IMG/VR virus record: IMGVR_UViG_3300050581_000221
Strand: one strand, 5' to 3'
DNA: 64,000 nucleotides
Source: a virus
Shown here piece after piece: positions 53,753 to 63,290 of this stretch (position 1 is its first letter; the number at the start of each line of letters is the position of its first letter). The position numbers and the translations under genes were made by a program. The notes under the pieces are model-generated. The model worked only from the letters and a program-made list of their open reading frames with translations. It had not been told where the DNA came from and did not search any database.

Positions 53753-54330
53753 TCCGACGCATCTTCCTCGACTTGGACGACGTGTGCAATACGTTGGCCC
53801 CCTTCGTACTGCACTCGGTCGGCTGCGACATCGGCCCGCGGGACTACGCGCGCTACCCGCGTGCGCACGGCTTCAACATCTCGGATGCGGCCAACGAAAT
53901 GCTGGGCGAGCCCCGCTATACGCCAGCCACCTTTTGGGCTGCCATCCCGCGCGGCGACTGGGCCGCAGTGCCCGAGTCCGAGTTCTTTCCCTGGCTCCTG
54001 GATGCGTGCGCCCAAGCTGTCGGCCGCGAGAACGTCTGCATCGCCACGTCGCCCACGAAAGACCCCGACTGCTTGGCGGGGAAGCTGGAGTGGATTCACG
54101 AGCATTTTCCTGCGTGGATGCACCGGCAGTTCGCTATCACGCCGCGCAAGCATCTCTTCGCCCGCCCCGACTCCTTGCTGATCGACGACTTCAGCGAGAA
54201 CGTCGAACGCTTCAAGGCCCACGGCGGGCACGCCATTACCGTCCCGAGGCCCTGGAACGACCATTGGGCCGCTGATCCCCGCGACTGTCTGGAAGAAAAG
54301 CTGGCGGCGGCACTCCAGAAAACGCTTTGA
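53749..54330 (+). CDS. HAD-superfamily 5'(3')-deoxyribonucleotidase
   Basis: Motif I FLDLDDV at the N-terminus; ATGA overlap with the sigma gene; overall NT5C-like layout. Confidence 0.6.
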   Translation: MIRRIFLDLDDVCNTLAPFVLHSVGCDIGPRDYARYPRAHGFNISDAANEMLGEPRYTPATFWAAIPRGDWAAVPESEFFPWLLDACAQAVGRENVCIATSPTKDPDCLAGKLEWIHEHFPAWMHRQFAITPRKHLFARPDSLLIDDFSENVERFKAHGGHAITVPRPWNDHWAADPRDCLEEKLAAALQKTL

Positions 54331-54355
54331 TTCCGGTCCTACTAAGGTGAGGCAC

Positions 54356-55537
54356 ATGTCTTTTGAGCAAAACACCGTGATGCAGGCTTCCGTGATGGCA
54401 AGACGCGAGTTCCTTCAACTGGCCGACCACTACGATCCCCGCAAACATGACGTGGCCGGGTGGTTCATCTCCGAGAAACTTGACGGCACCCGCTGCTTCT
54501 GGGACGGCGGGATCAGCCGCGGCTTGTCAACCGAACAAGTGCCGTGGGCCTCGCTCATCGACCCCAAGACGGGTGAGAGGAAGGCCAAGATCAAACCCGT
54601 GGCGACCGGCCTGTGGAGCCGCTACGGCAACCCGATCATGGCCCCGGACTGGTGGCTCAATCGACTGCCCGCGTGCCCGTTGGACGGCGAGTTGTGGGCC
54701 GGACGGGGCAAGTTCCAGCTTTGCCGGTCGATCTGCGGCGGCGATGCACCCGACGAGCGCTTCGACAAGATCGTCTTCGCCGTCTACTCGACGCCGCCCT
54801 TGGGCGCGGTCTTCAGTACGGGGCAGATCAAGAACGCCAACATGGTCTGCCAGGTCGATTACCTCACGATTGAGGCGTGGATCAGGCAGCGGCTCAACTC
54901 CCGAGGCAAGCGATTCGGCGGGCTGCCCATCCCGAAACGTTGCCTGGGTGATGACTTCAAGTTCCTCACGGCTGACCAGCCGTTCGGCAAGGAAGTGGCT
55001 GTGCTCAGCGAAGCCTTGGAGAACAGCGACGCTTCAATCTGTTACCTCCACCCGCAAACGAAGCTGATCGACATTCCTGAGGCGGCTGGCGACCAGGTAG
55101 AGGACTACCTGCAACGGGTGCTCGATCAGGGCGGCGAAGGCGTGGTGATTCGCAATCCTAATGCCATTTGGATGCCGAAGCGGCACCGAGCAATCCTCAA
55201 GTACAAGCCCTTCCAAGATGCCGAGGCCCGCATTGTGGGCTTCACCAGCGGCCGGGAGACGAGCAAAGGCAGCCGGCTGTTGGGCAAGATCGGTGCCCTG
55301 ATCGTGGACTACCAGGGCAAGCGGCTGGAACTCGCCGGCCTCACGGACGAAGAGCGGGAGTTCGCCGATCCGATGGCCCGTGACTGGGCCACAAACAATC
55401 CCGGCCAGGACACGCCGTACTGGGTCGAAGGCAAGCACTTCAAGAAGGGCCAGACGGTCACGTTCAAGTACCGCGAACTCTCTGATGACGGCATCCCGAA
55501 AGAGGCCCGCCTTTGGAGACTGCGTGACGCTGAATGA
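54356..55537 (+). CDS. ATP-dependent DNA ligase
   Basis: Motif I KLDGTR; motif IV EGVVIRNP; motif V ILKYK; RBS TAAGGTGAGG. Confidence 0.75.
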   Translation: MSFEQNTVMQASVMARREFLQLADHYDPRKHDVAGWFISEKLDGTRCFWDGGISRGLSTEQVPWASLIDPKTGERKAKIKPVATGLWSRYGNPIMAPDWWLNRLPACPLDGELWAGRGKFQLCRSICGGDAPDERFDKIVFAVYSTPPLGAVFSTGQIKNANMVCQVDYLTIEAWIRQRLNSRGKRFGGLPIPKRCLGDDFKFLTADQPFGKEVAVLSEALENSDASICYLHPQTKLIDIPEAAGDQVEDYLQRVLDQGGEGVVIRNPNAIWMPKRHRAILKYKPFQDAEARIVGFTSGRETSKGSRLLGKIGALIVDYQGKRLELAGLTDEEREFADPMARDWATNNPGQDTPYWVEGKHFKKGQTVTFKYRELSDDGIPKEARLWRLRDAE

Positions 55538-55582
55538 GACCGTGTCGTCTCCGCGCTGTGCATCATCTGATTGGGCAACTCG

Positions 55583-56827
55583 ATGACCGGCAAACACCGA
55601 ACCATTACGCTCGACCGGGCGACGCTTTGCCAAGGGGATTCCCGCGAGGTGCTTCCCTTGCTGGAGCCAGAACAGTTCACAGCGTGTGTGAGCGATCCAC
55701 CGTATCACTTGACGCAGGCGAGCCGCAAGGGGAGCCCGCGAAACAACGATCCCAAGACGCCCTTCGGCCGCACGCGGCTCGGCTCACGTGGATTCATGGG
55801 CAAAACCTGGGACGGCGGCGACACGGCCTTTCAGGCTGAATTCTGGGCCGAGGTGCTCCGTGTGCTCAAGCCGGGGGCAATGCTCCTGACGTTCGGCGGC
55901 ACGCGGACGTTTCACCGCCTGATCTGCGCGATCGAAGACGCAGGTTTCGAGGTCCGCGATTGCCTGATGTGGATCTATGGTTCCGGTTTTCCCAAGTCGT
56001 TGGACATCTCCAAGGCCCTCGACCAGGCAGCGGGGGTGGAGCGAAACGTGATTGGCCGTCGCAAGCATCCCACGCTCAGGGACACCCACAAGCTCGAAAA
56101 ACAAGCGAATGCGGCACACGGTGACAATGCGTGGGCAAGAGAGTGGGACGTTACCGCGCCCGCCACGGACTCAGCCAGGACGTGGGCCGGGTATGGCACT
56201 GCGCTCAAACCGGCGTGGGAGCCGATCGTCCTCGCGATGAAGCCCCTCGACGGCACGTTTGCCCAGAACGCTCAGCAGCACGGTGTCGCCGGGCTGAATA
56301 TCGACGCCTCGCGGATCGGCAGCGGCGATGCCAAAGGTCGCTGGCCAGCCAACGTATTGTTGGACGAAAAGGCGGGCAGCTTGCTTGACGCTCAAAGCGG
56401 CATCACGAAAAGCGGCGCGATGAAACGCTGCGTGGGCCCGTATCCAGGACAGAATGCAACCGGTTTCCTCCGCGGGCACTCCGGGCCGCACAACCAACGC
56501 GGCGACTCCGGCGGAGCCTCACGGTTCTTCTACTGCGCCAAGGCCAGCGAGCGAGACCGCACGTGTGAGGGCCAGGTCCAGAACAACCACCCAACGGTCA
56601 AGCCGCGTTCATTGATGGACTACCTGTGTCGCCTGGTCACCCCGCCGGGCGGCGGACTGATTCTGGATCCGTTCATGGGGTCGGGCTCGACCGGCATCGG
56701 GGCACTGCTGACCGGCAATCGGTTCGTAGGGATCGAGCTTGAGCCTGAGAGCTTCGAGATAGCGCGGCAGCGGGTCGAGATTCTGGCGCAGTCGCTTTCT
56801 CAATCGGAGAGCCTTGTCCGTGACTGA
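55583..56827 (+). CDS. DNA methyltransferase, N6A/N4C type (beta class), paralogue B
   Basis: CVSDPPYH motif IV at the N-terminus; DPFMGSGSTGIGA motif I at the C-terminus; shares ALKPAWEPIVLAMKPLDGT...GGASRFFYC...HPTVKP with the 40711 and 59462 genes. Confidence 0.75.
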   Translation: MTGKHRTITLDRATLCQGDSREVLPLLEPEQFTACVSDPPYHLTQASRKGSPRNNDPKTPFGRTRLGSRGFMGKTWDGGDTAFQAEFWAEVLRVLKPGAMLLTFGGTRTFHRLICAIEDAGFEVRDCLMWIYGSGFPKSLDISKALDQAAGVERNVIGRRKHPTLRDTHKLEKQANAAHGDNAWAREWDVTAPATDSARTWAGYGTALKPAWEPIVLAMKPLDGTFAQNAQQHGVAGLNIDASRIGSGDAKGRWPANVLLDEKAGSLLDAQSGITKSGAMKRCVGPYPGQNATGFLRGHSGPHNQRGDSGGASRFFYCAKASERDRTCEGQVQNNHPTVKPRSLMDYLCRLVTPPGGGLILDPFMGSGSTGIGALLTGNRFVGIELEPESFEIARQRVEILAQSLSQSESLVRD

Positions 56828-57584
56828 GACTGCCAAGATCACCTATCGCCAGTACGGCGGCAAGGCGTCCATCGCCAAGTGGATCGTCTCGCATTTCCCG
56901 GAGCACCGCACCTACTTGGAGCCACTGTGCGGGTCCGCCGCTGTGCTGTTGGCAAAGCCACGTTCATTCGTCGAGATCATCAACGACCTTGACGAGGTCA
57001 TCTTCCGAATGTGGGCCGCGATCAAGTCGCAGCCCGAGAAATTGGCTGCCCTGTTGTGGGCGACGCCATACACGGCCGCCAACTGGCGAGAACAACCCGT
57101 GGGCGACATCGACCAGGCTGTGCTGTTGATGGCCCAGGGCGCGCAGTTTTATTGCGGGAACGGCAACTCGTCCACTTGGTCGCTCGACAAGTGCCCGGCC
57201 CCGCACAAGCCCAAGCCCGAGGTCTGGGCAGACTGGTTCCGACGGGTCTTACCCGCCGCCAACCGGCTGCGAGGGGTCCAGTTGCTTCACGAGGACGCGC
57301 TGGTCGCCATCCAGCGGGTCTACCGTGACCCCGAAGCCCTGATTTTCGCAGACCCACCATACTACGGCCACGAAGACGAGTACCGCTACCGCATCGACTA
57401 TCCGGCGATGGTCGAACTGTTGAATGCGGCAAAGGCCAAGGTGGTCGTTTCCGAGTACCCGACCGCCGCCGAGTTCTACCGCGGCTGGAATCGCATCGAC
57501 CGCGTAACCGCCAGCCGGGCCGGCACGGGGCGACACAAATCCAGCGGCAAGAAAAAGACCGAAGTCCTGTTCACCAACTTTTGA
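56814..57584 (+). CDS. Dam-family (D12 class) DNA N6-adenine methyltransferase
   Basis: YRQYGGKASIAKWIV, EPLCGSAAV (motif I), IFADPPYY (motif IV). Confidence 0.7.
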   Translation: MSVTETAKITYRQYGGKASIAKWIVSHFPEHRTYLEPLCGSAAVLLAKPRSFVEIINDLDEVIFRMWAAIKSQPEKLAALLWATPYTAANWREQPVGDIDQAVLLMAQGAQFYCGNGNSSTWSLDKCPAPHKPKPEVWADWFRRVLPAANRLRGVQLLHEDALVAIQRVYRDPEALIFADPPYYGHEDEYRYRIDYPAMVELLNAAKAKVVVSEYPTAAEFYRGWNRIDRVTASRAGTGRHKSSGKKKTEVLFTNF

Positions 57585-57594
57585 GCTTGGCGCG

Positions 57595-58320
57595 ATGAAA
57601 CGCAATCCAAAACAGGCCGACAGCACTCTCTACGATTGCATCCCGCAGGCCGGGCCGTGCCCGATTGGCTGCAACCAGTGTTTCTACAATCGGCCAGGGG
57701 CCTTCTACGTCCCCATCGACCAGCCACACTTCCCGTCCCTGGAGGAAGTGGGCGACGGCATCGTGCGGGTCAACTGCGGCAACGACAGCAACAACCAGCG
57801 GGAACATGTAATCGCCTCGACGGCCCACTATCCGCGCCGATTCTTCAACACGAGCATCCCGAAGTTCGACTTCCCCGGCCCGGTCGTCTTGACCGCGAAC
57901 CCGCGCGAGGAGGTGCCGGGCTACCAGCCGCTCTTCCTCCACGAAGGCCCGCCCGCGAACCTCATGTTCGTGCGACTCCGGGTCTCCAGCACCAACTTGC
58001 ACCACATTGCCGAAGCGGTCAAACGCTGGACGGGCCAGGACGTGCCGGTCGTGCTGACCTTCATGGCCTACTACGATGCCGAGCCGCAAGTGCCGGCCGA
58101 GGTCCGGGCGGCAGTCGGCGGCCCATGCTACGAGTGGCGGGTCCGCCACATCAACTCGTACTGGTGCCCGACGCCGGCATTCATTCGCTGGGTCATGGCC
58201 GCTTATCGCAGTAACCGCCTGGTGTCCTACTGCGGCAGCCTGGAAGGCTCGTACTGCCGACTGTGCCGCAACTGTGAAACCCACTACCTGCAAACCATCA
58301 AACGCATGAAGGGAGAATGA
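57595..58320 (+). CDS. Cys-rich protein with radical-SAM-like CxxxCxxC motif (DUF5131/Gp37-Gp68-like?)
   Basis: N-terminal CPIGCNQCFY; a further Cys cluster at the C-terminus (CGSLEGSYCRLCRNCETHY); embedded in the methyltransferase island. Confidence 0.4.
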   Translation: MKRNPKQADSTLYDCIPQAGPCPIGCNQCFYNRPGAFYVPIDQPHFPSLEEVGDGIVRVNCGNDSNNQREHVIASTAHYPRRFFNTSIPKFDFPGPVVLTANPREEVPGYQPLFLHEGPPANLMFVRLRVSSTNLHHIAEAVKRWTGQDVPVVLTFMAYYDAEPQVPAEVRAAVGGPCYEWRVRHINSYWCPTPAFIRWVMAAYRSNRLVSYCGSLEGSYCRLCRNCETHYLQTIKRMKGE

Positions 58321-58322
58321 CC

Positions 58323-58469
58323 GTGGGCGGAGTCGTGACCTTGATTATCTCGCTCTTGGCCGGCGCGGTCGTCGTGACCATGACCTGCGAGGCACCCGTG
58401 GCCATCATCACCGTTTGCGGGGCCGTGGCCGTGGCTGCCATCATCGCCAAAGCCAAGGGGGTGTCTTGA
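58323..58469 (+). CDS. Small hydrophobic protein (48 aa, two TM segments)
   Basis: GTG start with RBS AAGGGAGAA; ATGA overlap with the next gene; not in the ORF track. Confidence 0.35.
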   Translation: MGGVVTLIISLLAGAVVVTMTCEAPVAIITVCGAVAVAAIIAKAKGVS

Positions 58470-58747
58470 TGACGACGCCCCGACAGAACGCCGATTTCGT
58501 CAACCACCTTCTCCCGGCGGAGCCACTCGGTGCGGCTATCGAGTGGATCAAAGCGAACCTTTCACCGGGCGACGTGTTTAGCGAGGAACAGCTTGCCGAG
58601 CACGCCCGCGCAAACCTGGAAATTGACGCCGTGTACTCCGAGAGCAACATCCTCAGCTACGTCGCCGGCACCTTCAATCCCGGCGAAGTCTTCGACACCG
58701 GCCAACTGGAAATCTGGGCCGAAGACAACGGCTACGTGAAAGAGTAG
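58469..58747 (+). CDS. Hypothetical acidic protein (92 aa)
   Basis: ATGA-coupled to the upstream small ORF. Confidence 0.35.
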   Translation: MTTPRQNADFVNHLLPAEPLGAAIEWIKANLSPGDVFSEEQLAEHARANLEIDAVYSESNILSYVAGTFNPGEVFDTGQLEIWAEDNGYVKE

Positions 58748-58814
58748 TCGGCCTGTCCATCTGAAACACGCGATTGCCAACTGTCTGAGACCCTGCGCCG
58801 AAGAGGAATGCGGA

Positions 58815-59321
58815 ATGAAAACCGGCATCGGAAGTCACACCCGTGCCTTCCGTGGAAAAACCGACTGCTGGCTGACGCCGCCGGAGATCATCCGGGCGCT
58901 GGGGCCTTTCGATCTCGACCCCTGCGCCGCTCCGGGCCAGCCGTGGCCGACCGCCAAGCATCACTACGCCCCGCCGCAAGATGGGCTGCAACTGCCGTGG
59001 TACGGCAGGATATTTTGCAACCCACCCTATGGCGAACAGACGGGGCGATGGTTGGAACGCCTGAGTGAGCATGGAAATGGCATCGCCCTGGTCTTCGCCC
59101 GGACTGAGACGGCGATGTTCTTCGAGCACGTCTGGGGAAAGGTCGCCGCGGCGCTGTTTCTGGAAGGCCGGCTGCACTTTTACCAACTGGACGGAACAAG
59201 GGCCAAGGGCAACTCCGGTGGGCCGTCCGTGTTGCTGGCCTATGGCGAAGAGAACGCCCGACTGCTGCGGCAGTGCCCGTTGAAGGGCGCGTACTGCACA
59301 ACAACCGCGAGGCATCGATGA
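58815..59321 (+). CDS. Phage-type DNA N6-adenine methyltransferase (T1/phage Dam-like)
   Basis: WLTPPEI, DLDPCA and CNPPYG motifs in the order typical of the phage Dam family. Confidence 0.6.
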   Translation: MKTGIGSHTRAFRGKTDCWLTPPEIIRALGPFDLDPCAAPGQPWPTAKHHYAPPQDGLQLPWYGRIFCNPPYGEQTGRWLERLSEHGNGIALVFARTETAMFFEHVWGKVAAALFLEGRLHFYQLDGTRAKGNSGGPSVLLAYGEENARLLRQCPLKGAYCTTTARHR

Positions 59322-59461
59322 AGAGACACCCGAGATAATCGTCCGCCGCTTCGAGGAAATCTGCCAATCCACGTAAGACCGCCCGGCCGCTCCTGATCCT
59401 TTCGAGCAAGGCCAATCGGTCGCTGACCCAATTACCCGTAACTGTCTCGCACTACGCGCCC

Positions 59462-60841
59462 ATGCTGCCTTACTACGAGAAAAACGGCATCACGCTCTAC
59501 CACGGCGATCTGCGGGAGGTGCTTCCGCAGGCGATGCAGCCGGGCACGGTGGACTTCGTTGTCACCGACCCGCCCTACGGCTTGGGCTTCATGGAGAAGG
59601 ACTGGGATTTCGACGTTCCCGGCCCGGCTTACTGGAACACGATTGCCAGCGTGTGCAAGCCCGGCGCTCTGCTCTTGGCCTTCGGCGGAACGCGCACATG
59701 GCACCGGCTCGTTGGGGCGATCGAGGATGCCGAGTGGGAAATCCGTGACTGCCTGATGTGGCTCTACGGCCAGGGATTCCCGAAGTCGTTGGACATCTCC
59801 AAGGCCCTCGACAAGTTGGCCGGAGCAGAGCGGGAGATCGTCGGCCGGCGTTCTCAACCGGACATCCGCGGCGACAGTTTTCAGAACCGGCAGCGACACG
59901 GCAAGGCCGGCAACGTCGAGATCCTCGACACCATTCCGGCCACGGAAATGGCCAAACGCTGGAACGGTTGGGGTTCCTCCTTGAAGCCGGCCTGGGAACC
60001 GATCGTCCTGGCCATGAAGCCACTCGACGGCACCTTCGCGCAGAACGTCCAGCGCCACGGCGTCGCCGGCATGAACATCGACGCCTGCCGGATACCCTGT
60101 GACTACGCCGCTGAGTACGGCGAGAAGTGGCTTTCGTCAGGCAAGGGAAAAGCTGGCCCCTGGCACGCCACCGAGTACGAAGAAACTCGCAGCGTGGCAG
60201 AACGGGTTTCGCCCCTCGGCCGCTGGCCGGCGAACCTGCTCTTGGAGCATCATCCCGAGTGCCGGCAAGTGGGCACCACGACCCTGCGTGGCGATCCGCG
60301 GGGCAACTGCGCTGGGCGGCGCCCTGGGGGCTTCGGCAACGTGGGCGCGGACTCTGGCGATGGCGAGCCGAACGCTCGGGTTTACGGGAACGAGGTCGTG
60401 CCGCTCTATGAATGCCATCCCGATTGTCCCGTGGGAGCGCTGGACGCCCAGACCGGCACGCTCGCCAGCGGCAAGATGAAGGCCGGTCAGCAACGCAATC
60501 GCAGCAAGGGCGAAGGCGGCTATCACGGAGACTTCCCGGACACAGCGTCGGCCACCGGCACCTATGGCGACTCCGGCGGAGCCTCTCGTTTCTTCTACTG
60601 TAGCAAGGCGACGAAGAAGGAACGCGGCCCGGGCAACGACCATCCCACGGTCAAGCCGCTGGAACTGATGGGCTACCTGCTGACGCTGCTCTCCACGCCG
60701 ACCGGCGGCGTCGTTCTCGACCCCTTCGCTGGCAGCGGAACGACCCTGATCGCCGCCAAGAGACTCGGCCGCCCGTGCATCGGCGTCGAACTGGATGCCC
60801 ACAACTGCGAGATCGCCGTCGCCCGCTTGGAACGCGCATGA
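59462..60841 (+). CDS. DNA methyltransferase, N6A/N4C type (beta class), paralogue C
   Basis: VVTDPPYGLGFMEKDWD (motif IV); DPFAGSGTTLIAAKRLGR (motif I); about 55-60% identical at the termini to the 40711 gene, with a divergent central region. Confidence 0.75.
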   Translation: MLPYYEKNGITLYHGDLREVLPQAMQPGTVDFVVTDPPYGLGFMEKDWDFDVPGPAYWNTIASVCKPGALLLAFGGTRTWHRLVGAIEDAEWEIRDCLMWLYGQGFPKSLDISKALDKLAGAEREIVGRRSQPDIRGDSFQNRQRHGKAGNVEILDTIPATEMAKRWNGWGSSLKPAWEPIVLAMKPLDGTFAQNVQRHGVAGMNIDACRIPCDYAAEYGEKWLSSGKGKAGPWHATEYEETRSVAERVSPLGRWPANLLLEHHPECRQVGTTTLRGDPRGNCAGRRPGGFGNVGADSGDGEPNARVYGNEVVPLYECHPDCPVGALDAQTGTLASGKMKAGQQRNRSKGEGGYHGDFPDTASATGTYGDSGGASRFFYCSKATKKERGPGNDHPTVKPLELMGYLLTLLSTPTGGVVLDPFAGSGTTLIAAKRLGRPCIGVELDAHNCEIAVARLERA

Positions 60842-61365
60842 CTTATCTAACTATTTGTGCCGATCCGCCGTGGGAGCCCGCTCTGGGTGCCAACTGGAAG
60901 ACCCGGTTTACCGACAAGGCCCGGCCGCAGAAGCACTACCGGACCATGGGCGTGGCGGAGATCTGCAGCCTGAAGGTGCTGGCTGCGAAGCAAGCTCACC
61001 TGTGGCTCTGGGTGCTCAACCAGCATGTCGATTGGGGTTACGAGGTGGCGCGGGCCTGGGGATTCGAGCCGTGGACTGCGATTACCTGGTGCAAACCAGG
61101 GTTGGGCGTTGGCCGCTTCCAGTGCAACACCGAGCACGTCCTGATTTGCCGCAAGGGGCCGCGACACAGCAACCCCTTCGGCCGCACCGGCGGGACATGG
61201 TTCACCTGGCCGCGTGGCCGACATAGCGAGAAACCGGAGGAGTTCTACCGCTTGGTCGAATCTGTCTCCCCCGGTCCCTACTTGGAAATGTTCGCCCGCC
61301 GACGCCGCCCCGGTTGGGATGCCTTCGGCGATGAAGTGGAGGATTCGATATGCCTGGCCGATTGA
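60838..61365 (+). CDS. MT-A70 family N6-adenine methyltransferase
   Basis: ATGA overlap with the upstream MTase; ICADPPWE catalytic motif (DPPW); about 175 aa, typical size. Confidence 0.65.
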   Translation: MTYLTICADPPWEPALGANWKTRFTDKARPQKHYRTMGVAEICSLKVLAAKQAHLWLWVLNQHVDWGYEVARAWGFEPWTAITWCKPGLGVGRFQCNTEHVLICRKGPRHSNPFGRTGGTWFTWPRGRHSEKPEEFYRLVESVSPGPYLEMFARRRRPGWDAFGDEVEDSICLAD

Positions 61366-61399
61366 CCGTCAAACGCAACGGCTACCGGGAGTTGCTGCC

Positions 61400-61996
61400 A
61401 TGACCAAACGGAAGATCAACCGCCTCGCCCTGAACCGCGGCTATCTGTGCGGCGCGATGGACCGGGTAACGGACGGCGGCATCGGCTGGCGTCAAGACCT
61501 GATCGAGAGTCTCAAGGACTTGGGCATCCTCTGGCTCGATCCCACGCGAAAGCCCATCGACATCGGCGTCGAGGACTTGGAGAACCGTGCCCTGCGCCAC
61601 AAGGCGAAGCGAGCCGGTGACTTCGAGTTTGTCCGCAGCCAGATGAAGCAAATTCGCCCCGTCGATTTGCGGATGGTGGACATCTGCGACTTCCTCGTGG
61701 TCAACCTCGACCTCGAAGTCCACGCTTGCGGAACCTACGAAGAGCTGTACTGGGGAAACCGCATGAAGAAGCCGATCCTCGTGCGGATCGAACAGGGCAT
61801 CGAGCACACGCCTGATTGGCTCTTCGGCGTTCTCCCCTTCCAGATGATCTTCGCGACGTGGGATCAAGTGAAGAGCTACCTGCGGCACATTGCCCACGAT
61901 CCGATGATCGACCGGCTCAACCGCTGGTACTTCTTCGACTGGATGGGTGAGCCTGAGAAGGCCGCCATAGCGAAAGCCGGGGAGGGAGGCCGGTGA
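61400..61996 (+). CDS. Nucleoside 2-deoxyribosyltransferase-like (NDT-fold) protein
   Basis: N-terminal YLCGAMD and a C-terminal ACGTYEELYWGNRMKKPIL resembling the NDT motif DSGTAFEIGYAAALGKPV. Confidence 0.4.
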   Translation: MTKRKINRLALNRGYLCGAMDRVTDGGIGWRQDLIESLKDLGILWLDPTRKPIDIGVEDLENRALRHKAKRAGDFEFVRSQMKQIRPVDLRMVDICDFLVVNLDLEVHACGTYEELYWGNRMKKPILVRIEQGIEHTPDWLFGVLPFQMIFATWDQVKSYLRHIAHDPMIDRLNRWYFFDWMGEPEKAAIAKAGEGGR

Positions 61997-62107
61997 GGTT
62001 TCGGTAGTAGCCGGCCGCGGTGTGGGAAAGGGCGCGTGGAGTACGGGCGATTATACCGACGACACGGAAACGCGCAGTACCCGGCTTTGGAACCTTCGGA
62101 GAACGAC

Positions 62108-62293
62108 ATGGAACCCTATCGGAAAGAGAAGTTGCCCGGCCGTAATGACAAGTGCCCGTGCGGCAGCGGCAAGAAGGCCAAGCGGTGCTGTTTGGACAAG
62201 CTCAAAGCCTTTGCCGCCCTGCCGCCGCGCTTGCGCGAGCAAGTCGTGGTCGCCAAGATTCTCGGCCAACCTGCCAATACCCTCGGAGCCTGA
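62108..62293 (+). CDS. SEC-C motif small protein
   Basis: NDKCPCGSGKKAKRCC (SecA C-terminal metal-binding motif); RBS GGAGAA. Confidence 0.5.
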   Translation: MEPYRKEKLPGRNDKCPCGSGKKAKRCCLDKLKAFAALPPRLREQVVVAKILGQPANTLGA

Positions 62294-62294
62294 T

Positions 62295-63287
62295 ATGCGC
62301 ATCCCCAAGTCTCTCAGCTACTCGTCAATGTCCCTGTGGTACAAGGACCAGGACGAGTTCTACATCCGCTACCTGGCCGATCACGCCGCGCCGCGATTGC
62401 CGCAGGAACAGCCGGCCGCTGTGGGCAGCGCCTTCGACGCCTACGTCAAGGCCCAGCTCAACTGGCACCTCTATGGTCGGGCCATTTCGCCGCAATTCGA
62501 GTTCCCCGCCATCTTCGAGAATCAGGTTGAGCCGCAGAACCGGGACTTCGCGCTCAAGGCCGGCAAGCACGTTTTCAAGGCATACAAGCTCTGCGGAGCC
62601 TACGACGATCTCTTGAAGCAATTGCAGCAATCGGTCGAACCGCCGCGATTCGAGTTCAAGGTGGACGGCCTGATCGAAGGCGTCCCCTTTACGGGCAAGC
62701 CCGATTGCCGCTTCGTCTTGGACCTTAGGCAGGGTCGCATCCCCTGCATCTACGACTGGAAGGTCCGCGGGTACTGCTCCAAATACGGAGCCTCCCCGTC
62801 AAAAGGATACGCCGTCTGCCTGGACGGCTTCGTGGGCAAGGCCAGCCGCAGCCAGGGCAAGGAACACGCCATGTACAAAGCGATGGATTTCCGGGGCTTG
62901 ACGATCAACTCGGGCTACATGGAGTTCTGCAACGACGAGTATGCCGACCAGCTTTGCCTCTACGCCTGGCTCTTGGGCGAGAGGATCGGCGACGAGAACA
63001 CGGTGCTGGGGATTGAGGAGTTGTGCGCCAAGCCGGGCAACCCGCCTACGCTCCGCTACGCCCGCCATCGCGGCCGGGTCAAGGGCGACTATCAGCAGAA
63101 GCTTGCCGAGCGGGTCACTACCTGTTGGCAGGCCATTACGAGCGGCCACGTCTTTTCCAGCCTCAGCCGCGAAGACAGCGACGCCCGCTGCCGAGTCTTG
63201 GACGAAATGGCCGTGGGCCTCATGTCCAACGGCACCGCTTTGGACGACTGGTTCAACGATGTCACCCGACCGAAGTTCTTCCACTAA
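62295..63287 (+). CDS. PD-(D/E)XK nuclease (Cas4/RecB-like exonuclease fold)
   Basis: YSSMSLWYKDQDEFYIRYL N-terminal motif; GKPDCRFVLD ... IYDWKV (D...D/E-x-K). Confidence 0.5.
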   Translation: MRIPKSLSYSSMSLWYKDQDEFYIRYLADHAAPRLPQEQPAAVGSAFDAYVKAQLNWHLYGRAISPQFEFPAIFENQVEPQNRDFALKAGKHVFKAYKLCGAYDDLLKQLQQSVEPPRFEFKVDGLIEGVPFTGKPDCRFVLDLRQGRIPCIYDWKVRGYCSKYGASPSKGYAVCLDGFVGKASRSQGKEHAMYKAMDFRGLTINSGYMEFCNDEYADQLCLYAWLLGERIGDENTVLGIEELCAKPGNPPTLRYARHRGRVKGDYQQKLAERVTTCWQAITSGHVFSSLSREDSDARCRVLDEMAVGLMSNGTALDDWFNDVTRPKFFH

Positions 63288-63290
63288 GCC

